This document shows positions 37,395 through 46,188 of a stretch of 64,000 nt of DNA, piece by piece (the stretch's first letter is position 1; every line of letters begins with the position of its first letter). The stretch comes from an uncultured Chloroflexia bacterium. Its GTDB lineage: Bacteria; Chloroflexota; Limnocylindria; Limnocylindrales; CSP1-4. The notes beneath the pieces were generated by a model. That model did not search any database, was not told the origin of the DNA, and was given only the letters and a program-made list of their open reading frames with translations. A program made the translations under genes and the position numbers. The stretch is taken from contig OY970185.1 of NCBI GenBank assembly GCA_963708015.1, forward strand, positions 2,613,486-2,677,485, given 5' to 3'.

Positions 37395-39464
37395 ATGACC
37401 CGCCTCGCACTCCCGATCGGCCTGGGCCTCGCCGCCCGCGATGACATCGGCGACGTCGTCGGCTGGGCCCGTGACGTGCGCGACGCCGGCCTCGATTCGA
37501 TCTGGATCCACGACTCGTACTTCGAACGTGACGCGATCAGCTTCGCGACTGCGGTCGCCCGGGCGTTCGAGCAGGATGGTGACGACGAGGAGGGCGGCTT
37601 CCGGGTCGCCCTCGGCGCGGTCAACCCGAACACCCGCCATCCGGTCGTCCTGGCCATGACCGGTTCAGCCCTCGACGAGATCCTGCCCGGCCGGATCGTC
37701 ATAGCCCTCGGGACCGGCCTGCCCCTCCGGCTCAAGCAGATGGGCATCCCCTACGAGCCGGCGGCCGCACTCGAGGGCGTCTCGACGGCGATCGACCAGA
37801 TCCGCCTGCTGTGGCGCGGCGAGCGGCTGCCGTCGGCCACGCCGGGCCTGCCTCCGATCCAGCCGATGTTCGCCCCGACCCATCGGATCCCGATCCACAT
37901 CGCGGCCTACCGCCACGAGTTCGTGACCCTGGCCGGCCAGAAGGCCGACGGCTACCTCGCCCGGCCGGCCGAATCGATCCCGTCGCTCCGGGGGATCCTC
38001 GAGCGGCTTCGGCTGGCCGCGACCGAGGCGGGCCGCGACCCGGCCGAGATCGAGACCGAGGGCTATCTCCTGTCGCTCGTGGACTCGACCCGACGCGAGG
38101 CGCTCAACCGGGCGAAGCGGGAGCCCTTCGTGATCTACATGATGTCGGTCCTGGGCGACGTGTCGCTCAAGCGGGCGGGCTTCGAGCCGGAGCTGCGCGA
38201 CCGGATCGCGGCCGCCTGGCGGGCGGAGGACTATCACGGCGCCGGGGCCCAGATCCCGGACGAGCTGCTCGACGCGTTCATGCTGTGCGGGACGCGCGAG
38301 GACGTTGCCGCCCGGGCGATGGCCTTCCACGTCGAGGCCGGGCTCGGCCTGCCGCTCCTGCAGCCCGTGCTCCAGGAGGACCACCAGATCGCCGAGCTGA
38401 CCGCGGCTGCGGCGCTCTACGCCGGCCTGCCCGATCCCTCCCGGGCGCGCGCCTCGCAGGCGGCCGCGGCCGGGCGTTCCGCCGGCGCGGACGCGCACGA
38501 CGTCGGCGGGCCGGGAGACCTGGCCGACGACCGGACGCTCGGCCTGGCCGATCGCGCCGGGCGACGCCTGGGCGCCCTGTGGGAGATCCTCCGGCCGTTC
38601 GCCTACACGGCGTCGGTCATCCCGGTCATGACCGGGGCCGCCCTGGCGGTGGTCGACGAGCAGTTCAGCTGGGCCCCGTTCGTCGCCGCCCTGCTGGGCG
38701 GGGTCCTGCTCCACTCGGGCACGAACATCGTCAACGAGATCTACGACGTCCGAAAGGGCATCGACACGATCATCTCGCCGCGGGCCAGCCACGCCCTGCT
38801 CAAGGGCCGCCTGACCGAGCGCCAGGCCTTCGCCGCGGCCTTCGCCGCGTTTGGCCTGGCGACCCTGGTCGGGCTATACTTGGTCGCCTTGCGCGGGCCG
38901 GCCATCGTGGGGCTGGGCCTGCTCGGCCTGCTGGGCGGCTACTTCTATACGGCCCCGCCGTTCGAGTACAAGTACCACGCCCTGGGCGTGCCCCTCGTGT
39001 TCGTCCTGATGGGCCCCCTGATGGTCGTTGGGACCTACTTCGCGATCACCGGCACCTGGAGCACGACCGCCCTGGCCGCCTCGATCCCGGTCGGCCTGCT
39101 CGTCGCGGCGATCCTCGACGGCAACGAGTGGCGCGACATCAGCGAGGACAGCCGGGCCGGCATCTCGACTCTGTCGGCCAGGCTCGGCCGGGAACGGGCC
39201 CACTACTTCTACGTGGCCCTCGTCCTGGGTGCCTACATCGCCCTGGGCCTGACCGTCGCGGTCGGTTGGCTGCCCCCCCAGAGCCTGCTCGCGATCGTGT
39301 CGCTGCCGTTCCTGGCCCAGGTGATCCGGGCGGCGGAGCTGGGCTCGACCGGCCAGCAGCGGGCGATCGCGATGCTCGACGTGCAGACGGCCCGGCTCCA
39401 CCGGACCTTCGGGGCGCTCCTCGTCGTCGGCCTCCTGCTCTCGAACGTGCACCTCGGTGGCTGA
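37395..39464 (+). CDS. fusion protein: LLM-class (F420/flavin-dependent luciferase-like) oxidoreductase plus UbiA/MenA-family prenyltransferase
   Basis: Start 'MTRLALPIGL' with GGAAGG SD. Complete LLM domain of about 345 aa, a linker of about 50 aa, then a UbiA domain with 'NEIYDVRKGID' and 'NEWRDISEDSRAGISTL'. No stop codon between the domains. Confidence 0.8.
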   Translation: MTRLALPIGLGLAARDDIGDVVGWARDVRDAGLDSIWIHDSYFERDAISFATAVARAFEQDGDDEEGGFRVALGAVNPNTRHPVVLAMTGSALDEILPGRIVIALGTGLPLRLKQMGIPYEPAAALEGVSTAIDQIRLLWRGERLPSATPGLPPIQPMFAPTHRIPIHIAAYRHEFVTLAGQKADGYLARPAESIPSLRGILERLRLAATEAGRDPAEIETEGYLLSLVDSTRREALNRAKREPFVIYMMSVLGDVSLKRAGFEPELRDRIAAAWRAEDYHGAGAQIPDELLDAFMLCGTREDVAARAMAFHVEAGLGLPLLQPVLQEDHQIAELTAAAALYAGLPDPSRARASQAAAAGRSAGADAHDVGGPGDLADDRTLGLADRAGRRLGALWEILRPFAYTASVIPVMTGAALAVVDEQFSWAPFVAALLGGVLLHSGTNIVNEIYDVRKGIDTIISPRASHALLKGRLTERQAFAAAFAAFGLATLVGLYLVALRGPAIVGLGLLGLLGGYFYTAPPFEYKYHALGVPLVFVLMGPLMVVGTYFAITGTWSTTALAASIPVGLLVAAILDGNEWRDISEDSRAGISTLSARLGRERAHYFYVALVLGAYIALGLTVAVGWLPPQSLLAIVSLPFLAQVIRAAELGSTGQQRAIAMLDVQTARLHRTFGALLVVGLLLSNVHLGG

Positions 39465-40206
39465 CCACGGGCCAGGCGATGCCGGGACCGCGGCCCCGGC
39501 CGAAGGCGGCCCCGGGGCGATCGCCCTGCTCGTCGGCCTGACCGGCGCCGTAGCCGCCTTCACCGCCACGTTCAACGGCCCGCGCGACCGGTTCTGGAGC
39601 CGGATGAGCTACACCGGGATCGGGCTCGGCTCGTGGGCCCTCCTCCGCTCGAAGAAGGCTCGCCGGCTCGGCCTGCGCTGGTGGCACGTGCCGGTCGGCC
39701 TGGCCTCGGCCAACGTCCTGTACCTGACCTTCCGGGTCGGCGACGCATTCGCCCGCCGGTTCGTACCTGGCGGCGACGCTCAGATCCGCCAGATCTACGA
39801 GCTGCGGACGAGCCGCCCGCGCGGCGAGATCGCGGCCCGACTGGCCCTCCTGATCGGTCCGGCTGAGGAGATCTTCTGGCGCGGCCTCGTCCAGGCCGCC
39901 CTGATGGACCGAGTCGGGCGCTGGCGCGGGGCGGCGCTCGCCGCCCTGGCCTACGGCGGCGTCCACGTCGTCACGGGCAACTTCACCCTGATGGGTGCCG
40001 CGGGCGTGGCCGGCGCCCATTGGTGCGCCCTGTACGCGGCGGGGGTCCCGTTGGGCGCCCTGATCGTGAGCCATTCGAGCTGGGACATCTGGATCTTCCT
40101 CGTCCAGCCGACCGGAGAAGTCGAGGCGATCGACGGCACCGGGCGGACGATCCGGCTGGCCGGATTCGGCCCGGATGCAACGGGCCAGGGATCGCTCGTG
40201 TTATGA
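39457..40206 (+). CDS. CPBP-family intramembrane glutamic protease (CAAX protease/Abi-like)
   Basis: 'PAEEIFWRG' (EExxxR), 'AYGGVH' (FxxxH-type) and 'SHSSWD'. Overlaps the fusion gene by 8 nt. Confidence 0.75.
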   Translation: MADHGPGDAGTAAPAEGGPGAIALLVGLTGAVAAFTATFNGPRDRFWSRMSYTGIGLGSWALLRSKKARRLGLRWWHVPVGLASANVLYLTFRVGDAFARRFVPGGDAQIRQIYELRTSRPRGEIAARLALLIGPAEEIFWRGLVQAALMDRVGRWRGAALAALAYGGVHVVTGNFTLMGAAGVAGAHWCALYAAGVPLGALIVSHSSWDIWIFLVQPTGEVEAIDGTGRTIRLAGFGPDATGQGSLVL

Positions 40207-40213
40207 ACGGGCG

Positions 40214-40840
40214 ATGGATCAAGACGAGCTCCCGGGGCGTCTCGCAGCCGACCTCGACGCGGCCTTTCCGGGCTTCCTCGAGCTGGAGCAGGGCCGGGTC
40301 TACTCGATCGCCCTGCGCCTGACCGGCCAGCCGGCCGAGGCCGAGGATCTCGCCCAGGACACGTTCATCCGGGCCTACCGGGCGCTCAGCAGCTGGGAGC
40401 CGGCCCGGATCCGGGAGCTGGCGGTACGGCCCTGGCTGGCCAGCATCGTGGTCAACCTCGGGCGCAACCGGGCCCGGGCCCGGGCGGCGCGGCCGGCCAC
40501 CGTGAGCCTGGTCGATGAGCTGGCTCACCCGCGGATCGCCCCGGCCGAGACGCCCCACGGCCGGCTCGAGCGACGGGCCAGCACGGAGGAGTGGGCGGCT
40601 CGCCTGCTCGCCCTGCCGGAGCGCTACCGGGGCCCGGTCGTCCTGCGCCACGTCGACGGACTGTCCTACGACGAGATCGGGCTCGCCCTCGATCGCCCGG
40701 CCGGGACGGTCAAGGCCCAGGTCCACCGGGGCATGGGGATCCTGCGGACGATGCTCGCTGCCGAGCAATCCAGCCTCCTCGGCCAGGCCCCAGGCCAACC
40801 GTCTCGAACCGCAGCCCGCCCACTGGAGGTGGCCCGATGA
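40214..40840 (+). CDS. ECF-type RNA polymerase sigma-70 factor
   Basis: Region 2 'AEDLAQDTFIRAYRAL' and region 4 'LSYDEIGLALDRPAGTVKAQVHRG'. Confidence 0.85.
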   Translation: MDQDELPGRLAADLDAAFPGFLELEQGRVYSIALRLTGQPAEAEDLAQDTFIRAYRALSSWEPARIRELAVRPWLASIVVNLGRNRARARAARPATVSLVDELAHPRIAPAETPHGRLERRASTEEWAARLLALPERYRGPVVLRHVDGLSYDEIGLALDRPAGTVKAQVHRGMGILRTMLAAEQSSLLGQAPGQPSRTAARPLEVAR

Positions 40841-41658
40841 GCCCCACGTCAAGCCCGATCAATCTCGCTGACCCCGCCGACAGCCCGGCGATCGAGCTGG
40901 CCCTCGGCGGCCTGCTCGTGGAGGCTCCGGCCGGGCTGGCCGATCGCACCCTCGTGGCGGTCGGTTTGGCCGACGCCTACGCCCCGATCGAGACCGTGAT
41001 CGGCCGAATCTGGGTCGCCTTCAACGGGCTGGGCGTGGACGCGCTCGAGACGGCCGATTCGGCCGAGGCGTTCGCAGAGCAACTTCGGGCAACCCACGGC
41101 CGGCCGGCCCATCGCCTGGCCGAGCTGCCACCCCGCCTGAGCGCGGCGATTCAGCGCCGGCTCGACGGCGATCGACGGGTCGCGATCCCGCTCGACCTGC
41201 GGGGCCACTCGAGCTTCGAGCGGGACGTCTGGATGAAGGCCCTCGAGATCCCCCGGGGGGAGGTCCGGCCGTACGGCTGGATCGCTGCCGAGATCGGCCG
41301 GCCGAAGGCGGTCCGGGCGGTCGGGACAGCCCTCGGGCATAACCCGGTACCGCTCATCGTGCCCTGCCATCGGGTCGTCCGGACCGACGGGACGATCGGC
41401 CAGTACTCGCTCGGCGGGCCGGCCAACAAGCGGACCCTGCTTGCCTCGGAAGGCCTTGATCCCGAGGCGATGGAGGCGCTGGCCCGGGCCGGCACCCGCT
41501 ACATCGGCTCGGACACGACCCGGATCTACTGCCTGCCGACGTGCCATAACGCGAAGCGGATCAGCCTCGCCCACCGGGTTTCCTTCCACTCGGCCGAGGA
41601 CGGCGCACGAGCCGGCTATCGGGCCTGCCTGTCCTGCCGGCCGGCCATCGCGGCCTGA
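40837..41658 (+). CDS. O6-alkylguanine-DNA alkyltransferase (Ogt/MGMT) fused to an Ada-type Zn(Cys)4 domain
   Basis: ATGA overlap with the sigma gene. 'HNPVPLIVPCHRVV' active site. C-terminal 'YCLPTC-X27-CLSCRP' matches the Ada Cys-X3-Cys...Cys-X2-Cys pattern. Confidence 0.85.
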   Translation: MSPTSSPINLADPADSPAIELALGGLLVEAPAGLADRTLVAVGLADAYAPIETVIGRIWVAFNGLGVDALETADSAEAFAEQLRATHGRPAHRLAELPPRLSAAIQRRLDGDRRVAIPLDLRGHSSFERDVWMKALEIPRGEVRPYGWIAAEIGRPKAVRAVGTALGHNPVPLIVPCHRVVRTDGTIGQYSLGGPANKRTLLASEGLDPEAMEALARAGTRYIGSDTTRIYCLPTCHNAKRISLAHRVSFHSAEDGARAGYRACLSCRPAIAA

Positions 41659-41667
41659 CTTCGGTGG

Positions 41668-42804
41668 GTGTATTCTCGCGACTTGGACCAACCGACTGAG
41701 CCAAACCTGACGCCGGCCGACAGGCGCGCCCGGAGCAAGGCCACGCCGCTGGCGATCCTGGCCGGGATGCTCGTGCTCTACTTCGTCTGGGGCTCGACCT
41801 ACATCGCGATTCGGCTGGCCGTCGAGACGATCCCGCCGTTCCTCATGGCCGGGTTTCGATTCCTCGTCGCCGGGCTGATCCTGCTGGGCTGGGAATGGCT
41901 CGCCGTCCGGCGGATCCGGGCCGATCCGAACGTCGGCCCAACCGACCGCCCCGGCCGCCCGACAGGCCGCCAGCTGCGAGACTCGGCGATCGTCGGGGGC
42001 CTCCTCCTCGGCGGCGGGATGGGCCTCGTCGCACTCGGCGAGCGGACGGTCCCGGCCGGGATCACTGCCTTCCTGATCGCGATGCTGCCGGTCTGGGTGG
42101 CCGTCTTCGGGCGAGCTTTCTTCGGCGAGCGGCTGCCCCGGGCCGTCCTCGCCGGGGTCATCGTGGGCATCGTCGGGGTGGCAATCCTGGTCGGGCCAGT
42201 CGGGACGTCCGGGGGCGGGCTGGCCTTCGACCCGCTCGGGCTGGCCGTCCTGATCGCCTCGCCGATGTGCTGGGCGACCGGTTCGCTCTACTCGAGCCAG
42301 CGGGCGGTCCTGCCGCCCCGACCGCTGACCGCGACCGGCTTCCAGATGCTCTTCGGGAGCGCGATCCTGCTGGTGGCGGCCGTCATGACCGGCGAGCTGC
42401 GCGGCTTTGACCCGAGCGCGATCATGGCCCGTTCGGCAGCCGGGCTGCTGTACCTGGTCGTGTTCGGCAGCTTGCTCGCCTTCACCACGTTCGTGTGGCT
42501 CCTCCGAGTCGCCCCGCTGCCGAAGGTCGCGACCTACGCCTACATCAACCCGATCGTGGCGATCGTCCTGGCCGGCCTCGTCCTCGGCGAGCCGATCGAG
42601 CCGCGAACGGCGATCGCGGGCGCGGTCATCGTCGCCGGAGTGGCCCTGATCGTGACGGCCCGGGGCCGCACCCAGGCGGTCGAATCGGTCATGCCGACGC
42701 CGCCGGGCGGGGCGGCCCAGGCCGGCCCGGCCGGGCTGCTGGAGACCCCGGCTGGAGCCGCGGCCGCCCCTCTCGAGCGAGGTCCCGAGCTCAGCCCTCG
42801 CTGA
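41668..42804 (+). CDS. EamA/DMT-superfamily transporter
   Basis: Ten hydrophobic segments; 'YFVWGSTYIAIRLAV' and a duplicated EamA half. Confidence 0.8.
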   Translation: MYSRDLDQPTEPNLTPADRRARSKATPLAILAGMLVLYFVWGSTYIAIRLAVETIPPFLMAGFRFLVAGLILLGWEWLAVRRIRADPNVGPTDRPGRPTGRQLRDSAIVGGLLLGGGMGLVALGERTVPAGITAFLIAMLPVWVAVFGRAFFGERLPRAVLAGVIVGIVGVAILVGPVGTSGGGLAFDPLGLAVLIASPMCWATGSLYSSQRAVLPPRPLTATGFQMLFGSAILLVAAVMTGELRGFDPSAIMARSAAGLLYLVVFGSLLAFTTFVWLLRVAPLPKVATYAYINPIVAIVLAGLVLGEPIEPRTAIAGAVIVAGVALIVTARGRTQAVESVMPTPPGGAAQAGPAGLLETPAGAAAAPLERGPELSPR

Positions 42805-44827
42805 GGATCGTCCGCGAGACGCGCCGGGCGAGGGCCATCACGGTGATCATCGGATTCGCCCCGATTGCCGTCGGGAAGAGCGAGGCGTCGGCGACGTACA
42901 GGCCGCGCACGACCTGGCCGGCCAGGCCGGTCCGGATGCGTCCCTCCGGGTCGCACGGATGGCTCCGCCCGTCGCTGCCCATCCGGACCGAGCCCATCTG
43001 GTGGGCCGAGAAGAGCGAGCCCCGATTCGGCCGGAAATCGAACGATCCGAGGCGCTCCTCGAAGTGCTCGAAGGCGCGCGCCTCGCCGCCCGGTCCGAAG
43101 GCCTGCGGCCCATGCCACAGCGGGGGCGTGCCATTGGCCACGATCTCGAGGGCGCCCGCCGCCCGGGCGATCCGGGCCATCTGGACGAGCGCGTGGCGAA
43201 GGGTGGCCATCCCGCTCGAATCGAGGGCGTAGTCGATCCGGACGTTGCCCGCCTTCGACAGGCTGACCCGGCCCTCGCCACCGTCCCGGGTGATCGCGAT
43301 CAGGGGCACGTACGAGCGGACTCGTTCCATCAGCGTGGCATGAGCCTCCGAGCCCTCCCAGGCGAAGGCCAGGGCGATCAGTCCCGGCGACCCCGGGGCC
43401 AATTCGATCACGTAGCCGTTCCGGCCCCGCTCGCCGGTCATGAACTCGGTGACGCTGGCGGCCTGCATCACCCCGTTCCACATCTGGATCAGGTCGGGGA
43501 CCCGGGCGCCGACGACCGGCACCGGATGGAGCCGCAGGTTTCGGCCGATCGCCGGGTGGCCCAGCCCGCTCCGGATCAGGACCGCGGGGGTGCGCAGGGC
43601 GCCCGCGGCCATGACCACCTGGCGGGCGCGCACGGTCAGCCGGCGCGGGCCTGGCCCGCCCTCGGCGATCGCCGGCGAAGCGCCGGGATCCCAATCAAGG
43701 GTGGCCTCGACGCCGCTCACCCGGCCGCCCTCGACAAGCACCCGGTCGACCCGGGCGTTGGCCACGAGCCGGGCGCCGCGCAGGGTCGCATCGGCGAGGT
43801 GGGCCTGGAGGCCGGAGCGCTTCGTGCCGGCCCGGCAGCCGAACGGGCACGAGCCGCACGCGGTGCAGGCCGACGCGTTCCGCTCGGTCGGACCGGCCGA
43901 GATCCCGACGGCTCGCGCGCCGGCCACGAGGGCGGCGTCCTTGGGTGGCAGGGCCGGGGCGGGACTGACCCCGAGCTCGCCCCGGACCGCCGCGAAGTCC
44001 TCGTCGCCGGGCGGGCCGTCGAAGCCGGCCAGGCCGTGTTCGTTGGCCCACTCGTGCCGGACCGGGATCGGCGCGTCGAAGCAGGTCATCCAGTTGATCG
44101 TCGTGCCGCCGCCGACGCTGGCCCCGGCCAGGATCGAGATCGCGCCGTCCCAGGTCGAGGTCAGGCCGTGGTCGAGGTAGAGCCGGTCAAATGCGGCCAG
44201 CTCGTTCGTGGGCATCTCGGGCTCGGGGACGAACGGCCCGGCTTCGAGGATGACGACCGCACGGCCGGCCTTGGCCAGCTCTCGGGCGACCACGCCGGCC
44301 CCGGCGCCCGAGCCGACCACGACGACATCGGCATCGAGGCTGACCTGGCTGACGGCCAGGGGCTTGATCGGCGTCGGCCGCTCGGTCAGTTGCGGGACGT
44401 CCGGCCGGTAGCCGATTCGGGCCCAGTACGGATTGCCCGTCGCGGTCTCGCCGGGATCGGCGTAGGCCAGGAAGCAGAGCAGCTTGCGAAGCGCCTGGTA
44501 GGCCGTCCGGCGCTGCTCGAAGCGGGAGTTGCCCCAGGCCAGGAGGTATTTCTCGCGCTCCGCCGGCGAGAGGTCGCGGAACGGCTTCGATCCCCCGCCC
44601 AGGACGAGGTTGACTGCGGGCCGCTCGAGCAGGCGCAAGACCATCCGCAGGTCGGCGACCTGTTCCGGATCCACGGCCAGGTCGAGGGCTGCCGCGGCCA
44701 GGTTGGCCCGACGGGTTGCGGCGCCCCGGACGAACGTCTCGGCGACCGCGGCCAGGGTAGCCAGCTCGGCCTCCGACCAGGGCGTCGGCCCGGTGTCGCC
44801 GCCCTGGTCGGGGTCGAGACCGGTCAC
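42791..44827 (-). CDS. GMC-family FAD oxidoreductase (long-chain alcohol oxidase-like, with N-terminal extension)
   Basis: 'VVVVGSGAGAGVVARELAKAGRAVVILEAG' and the C-terminal 'HQMGSVRMG...LYVADASLFPTAIGANPMITVMALA'. Confidence 0.85.
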   Translation of the reverse strand: MTGLDPDQGGDTGPTPWSEAELATLAAVAETFVRGAATRRANLAAAALDLAVDPEQVADLRMVLRLLERPAVNLVLGGGSKPFRDLSPAEREKYLLAWGNSRFEQRRTAYQALRKLLCFLAYADPGETATGNPYWARIGYRPDVPQLTERPTPIKPLAVSQVSLDADVVVVGSGAGAGVVARELAKAGRAVVILEAGPFVPEPEMPTNELAAFDRLYLDHGLTSTWDGAISILAGASVGGGTTINWMTCFDAPIPVRHEWANEHGLAGFDGPPGDEDFAAVRGELGVSPAPALPPKDAALVAGARAVGISAGPTERNASACTACGSCPFGCRAGTKRSGLQAHLADATLRGARLVANARVDRVLVEGGRVSGVEATLDWDPGASPAIAEGGPGPRRLTVRARQVVMAAGALRTPAVLIRSGLGHPAIGRNLRLHPVPVVGARVPDLIQMWNGVMQAASVTEFMTGERGRNGYVIELAPGSPGLIALAFAWEGSEAHATLMERVRSYVPLIAITRDGGEGRVSLSKAGNVRIDYALDSSGMATLRHALVQMARIARAAGALEIVANGTPPLWHGPQAFGPGGEARAFEHFEERLGSFDFRPNRGSLFSAHQMGSVRMGSDGRSHPCDPEGRIRTGLAGQVVRGLYVADASLFPTAIGANPMITVMALARRVSRTILSEG

Positions 44828-44839
44828 CGCCAGGCGGCC

Positions 44840-46051
44840 TCAGGCATGGACGGGCCGCTCGAAGCCCTGGGCCGGCCAGGGCTCGCAGCGGAGCGGCCGA
44901 TTCTCGCGATAGCCGAGGGCGTAGTCGGCCTGGATCAGGGTATGGAGCTGGCTCGTCCCCTCGTAGATCACGCTCGCCTTCGAGTTGCGCAGGTAGCGCT
45001 CGACCGGGAACTCGGTCGAATACCCGTTGGCGCCGTGGACCTGGATCGCGTCCAGGGCCGCCTGGACGGCGTGGTCCGTGGCATGCCACTTGGCCAGGCT
45101 CGTCTCGCGCGTGTTGCGCAGGCCCTGGTTCTTGAGCCAGCCGGCCCGCCACACGAGCAGCCGGCCGATCTCTGTGCCGGCGGCCATCTTCGCGATCATC
45201 TGCTTGACCAGCTGGTGCCGGCCGATCTCCTCCCCGAACGTCTGGCGCTCATGGGCGTACTTCAGGCTCGCGTCGAGGCAGGCCTGGGCCAGCCCGACGC
45301 TGCCGGCGGCCACCGTATAGCGACCCTGGTCGATCGCACTCATCGCGATCAGGAAGCCCTCGCCCTCCTCGCCCAGCCGGTTCTCGAGGGGGACCTCGCA
45401 GTCCTCGAGGTTGACGATCCCGGTGTTGCCGGCGTGGATCCCGAGCTTTCCCTGGAGGGTCGAGGTCGAAAGCCCCTTGAACGAGCGCTCGACCAGGAAG
45501 GCGGTCACGCCCCGGTGCCTGAGGGCCCGGTCGACGGTCGCGAACACGAGGAAGTGATCGGCCAGGTCGGCCAGGCTGATCCAGGTCTTCTGGCCGTTCA
45601 GGACGTACCGATCGCCCTCCCGCCGGGCCGTCGTCTGGAGCGCCCCGGCGTCCGTCCCGACGCCCGGCTCGGTCAGGCAGAAGCCGGCCAACTTCTCGCC
45701 CCGGGCCTGGGGCACGAGGTAGCGCTGGCGCTGGTCCTCGGTCCCCCACTGGAGCAGGGTCAGCGAATTCAACCCGACGTGGACGCTTTGGACGACCCGG
45801 AAGGCGGTGTCGGCCCGCTCGAGCTCTTCGCACAGGATGGCGAAGCTGATGTAGTCCATTCCGGCTCCGCCGTAGCGCTCCGGGATCGGGGCGCCCAGGA
45901 AGCCGAGCTCGGCCATCTTCGTGAAGACTTCGGGATGGACCTCCCCGGCGCTGTCCCAGGCCCGGATGTGGGGCAGGATCTCGGCCTCGGTGAAAGCCCG
46001 GGCGCTGGCCTGGACCAACCGGTTCTCCTCGCTCAGGCGGAAATCGATCAC
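44840..46051 (-). CDS. acyl-CoA dehydrogenase
   Basis: GTG start ('VIDFRLSEEN') in frame with ORF 44840..46246. 'FCLTEPGVGTDAG', 'GQKTWIS' and 'IYEGTSQL' near the C-terminus. Confidence 0.85.
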   Translation of the reverse strand: MIDFRLSEENRLVQASARAFTEAEILPHIRAWDSAGEVHPEVFTKMAELGFLGAPIPERYGGAGMDYISFAILCEELERADTAFRVVQSVHVGLNSLTLLQWGTEDQRQRYLVPQARGEKLAGFCLTEPGVGTDAGALQTTARREGDRYVLNGQKTWISLADLADHFLVFATVDRALRHRGVTAFLVERSFKGLSTSTLQGKLGIHAGNTGIVNLEDCEVPLENRLGEEGEGFLIAMSAIDQGRYTVAAGSVGLAQACLDASLKYAHERQTFGEEIGRHQLVKQMIAKMAAGTEIGRLLVWRAGWLKNQGLRNTRETSLAKWHATDHAVQAALDAIQVHGANGYSTEFPVERYLRNSKASVIYEGTSQLHTLIQADYALGYRENRPLRCEPWPAQGFERPVHA

Positions 46052-46188
46052 GGGGCGGGGACCTCTGGTGGGACCGAGGCTGGAGGAGGGTCGGGCAACG
46101 CTCCGAACGCTTCGGCGAGCGGGCTCGATCCGGGCCATTGTGCCATTGCTGGCGGCGGCTCCGGCCGGCATTCCGGTATCCTCGGCCG

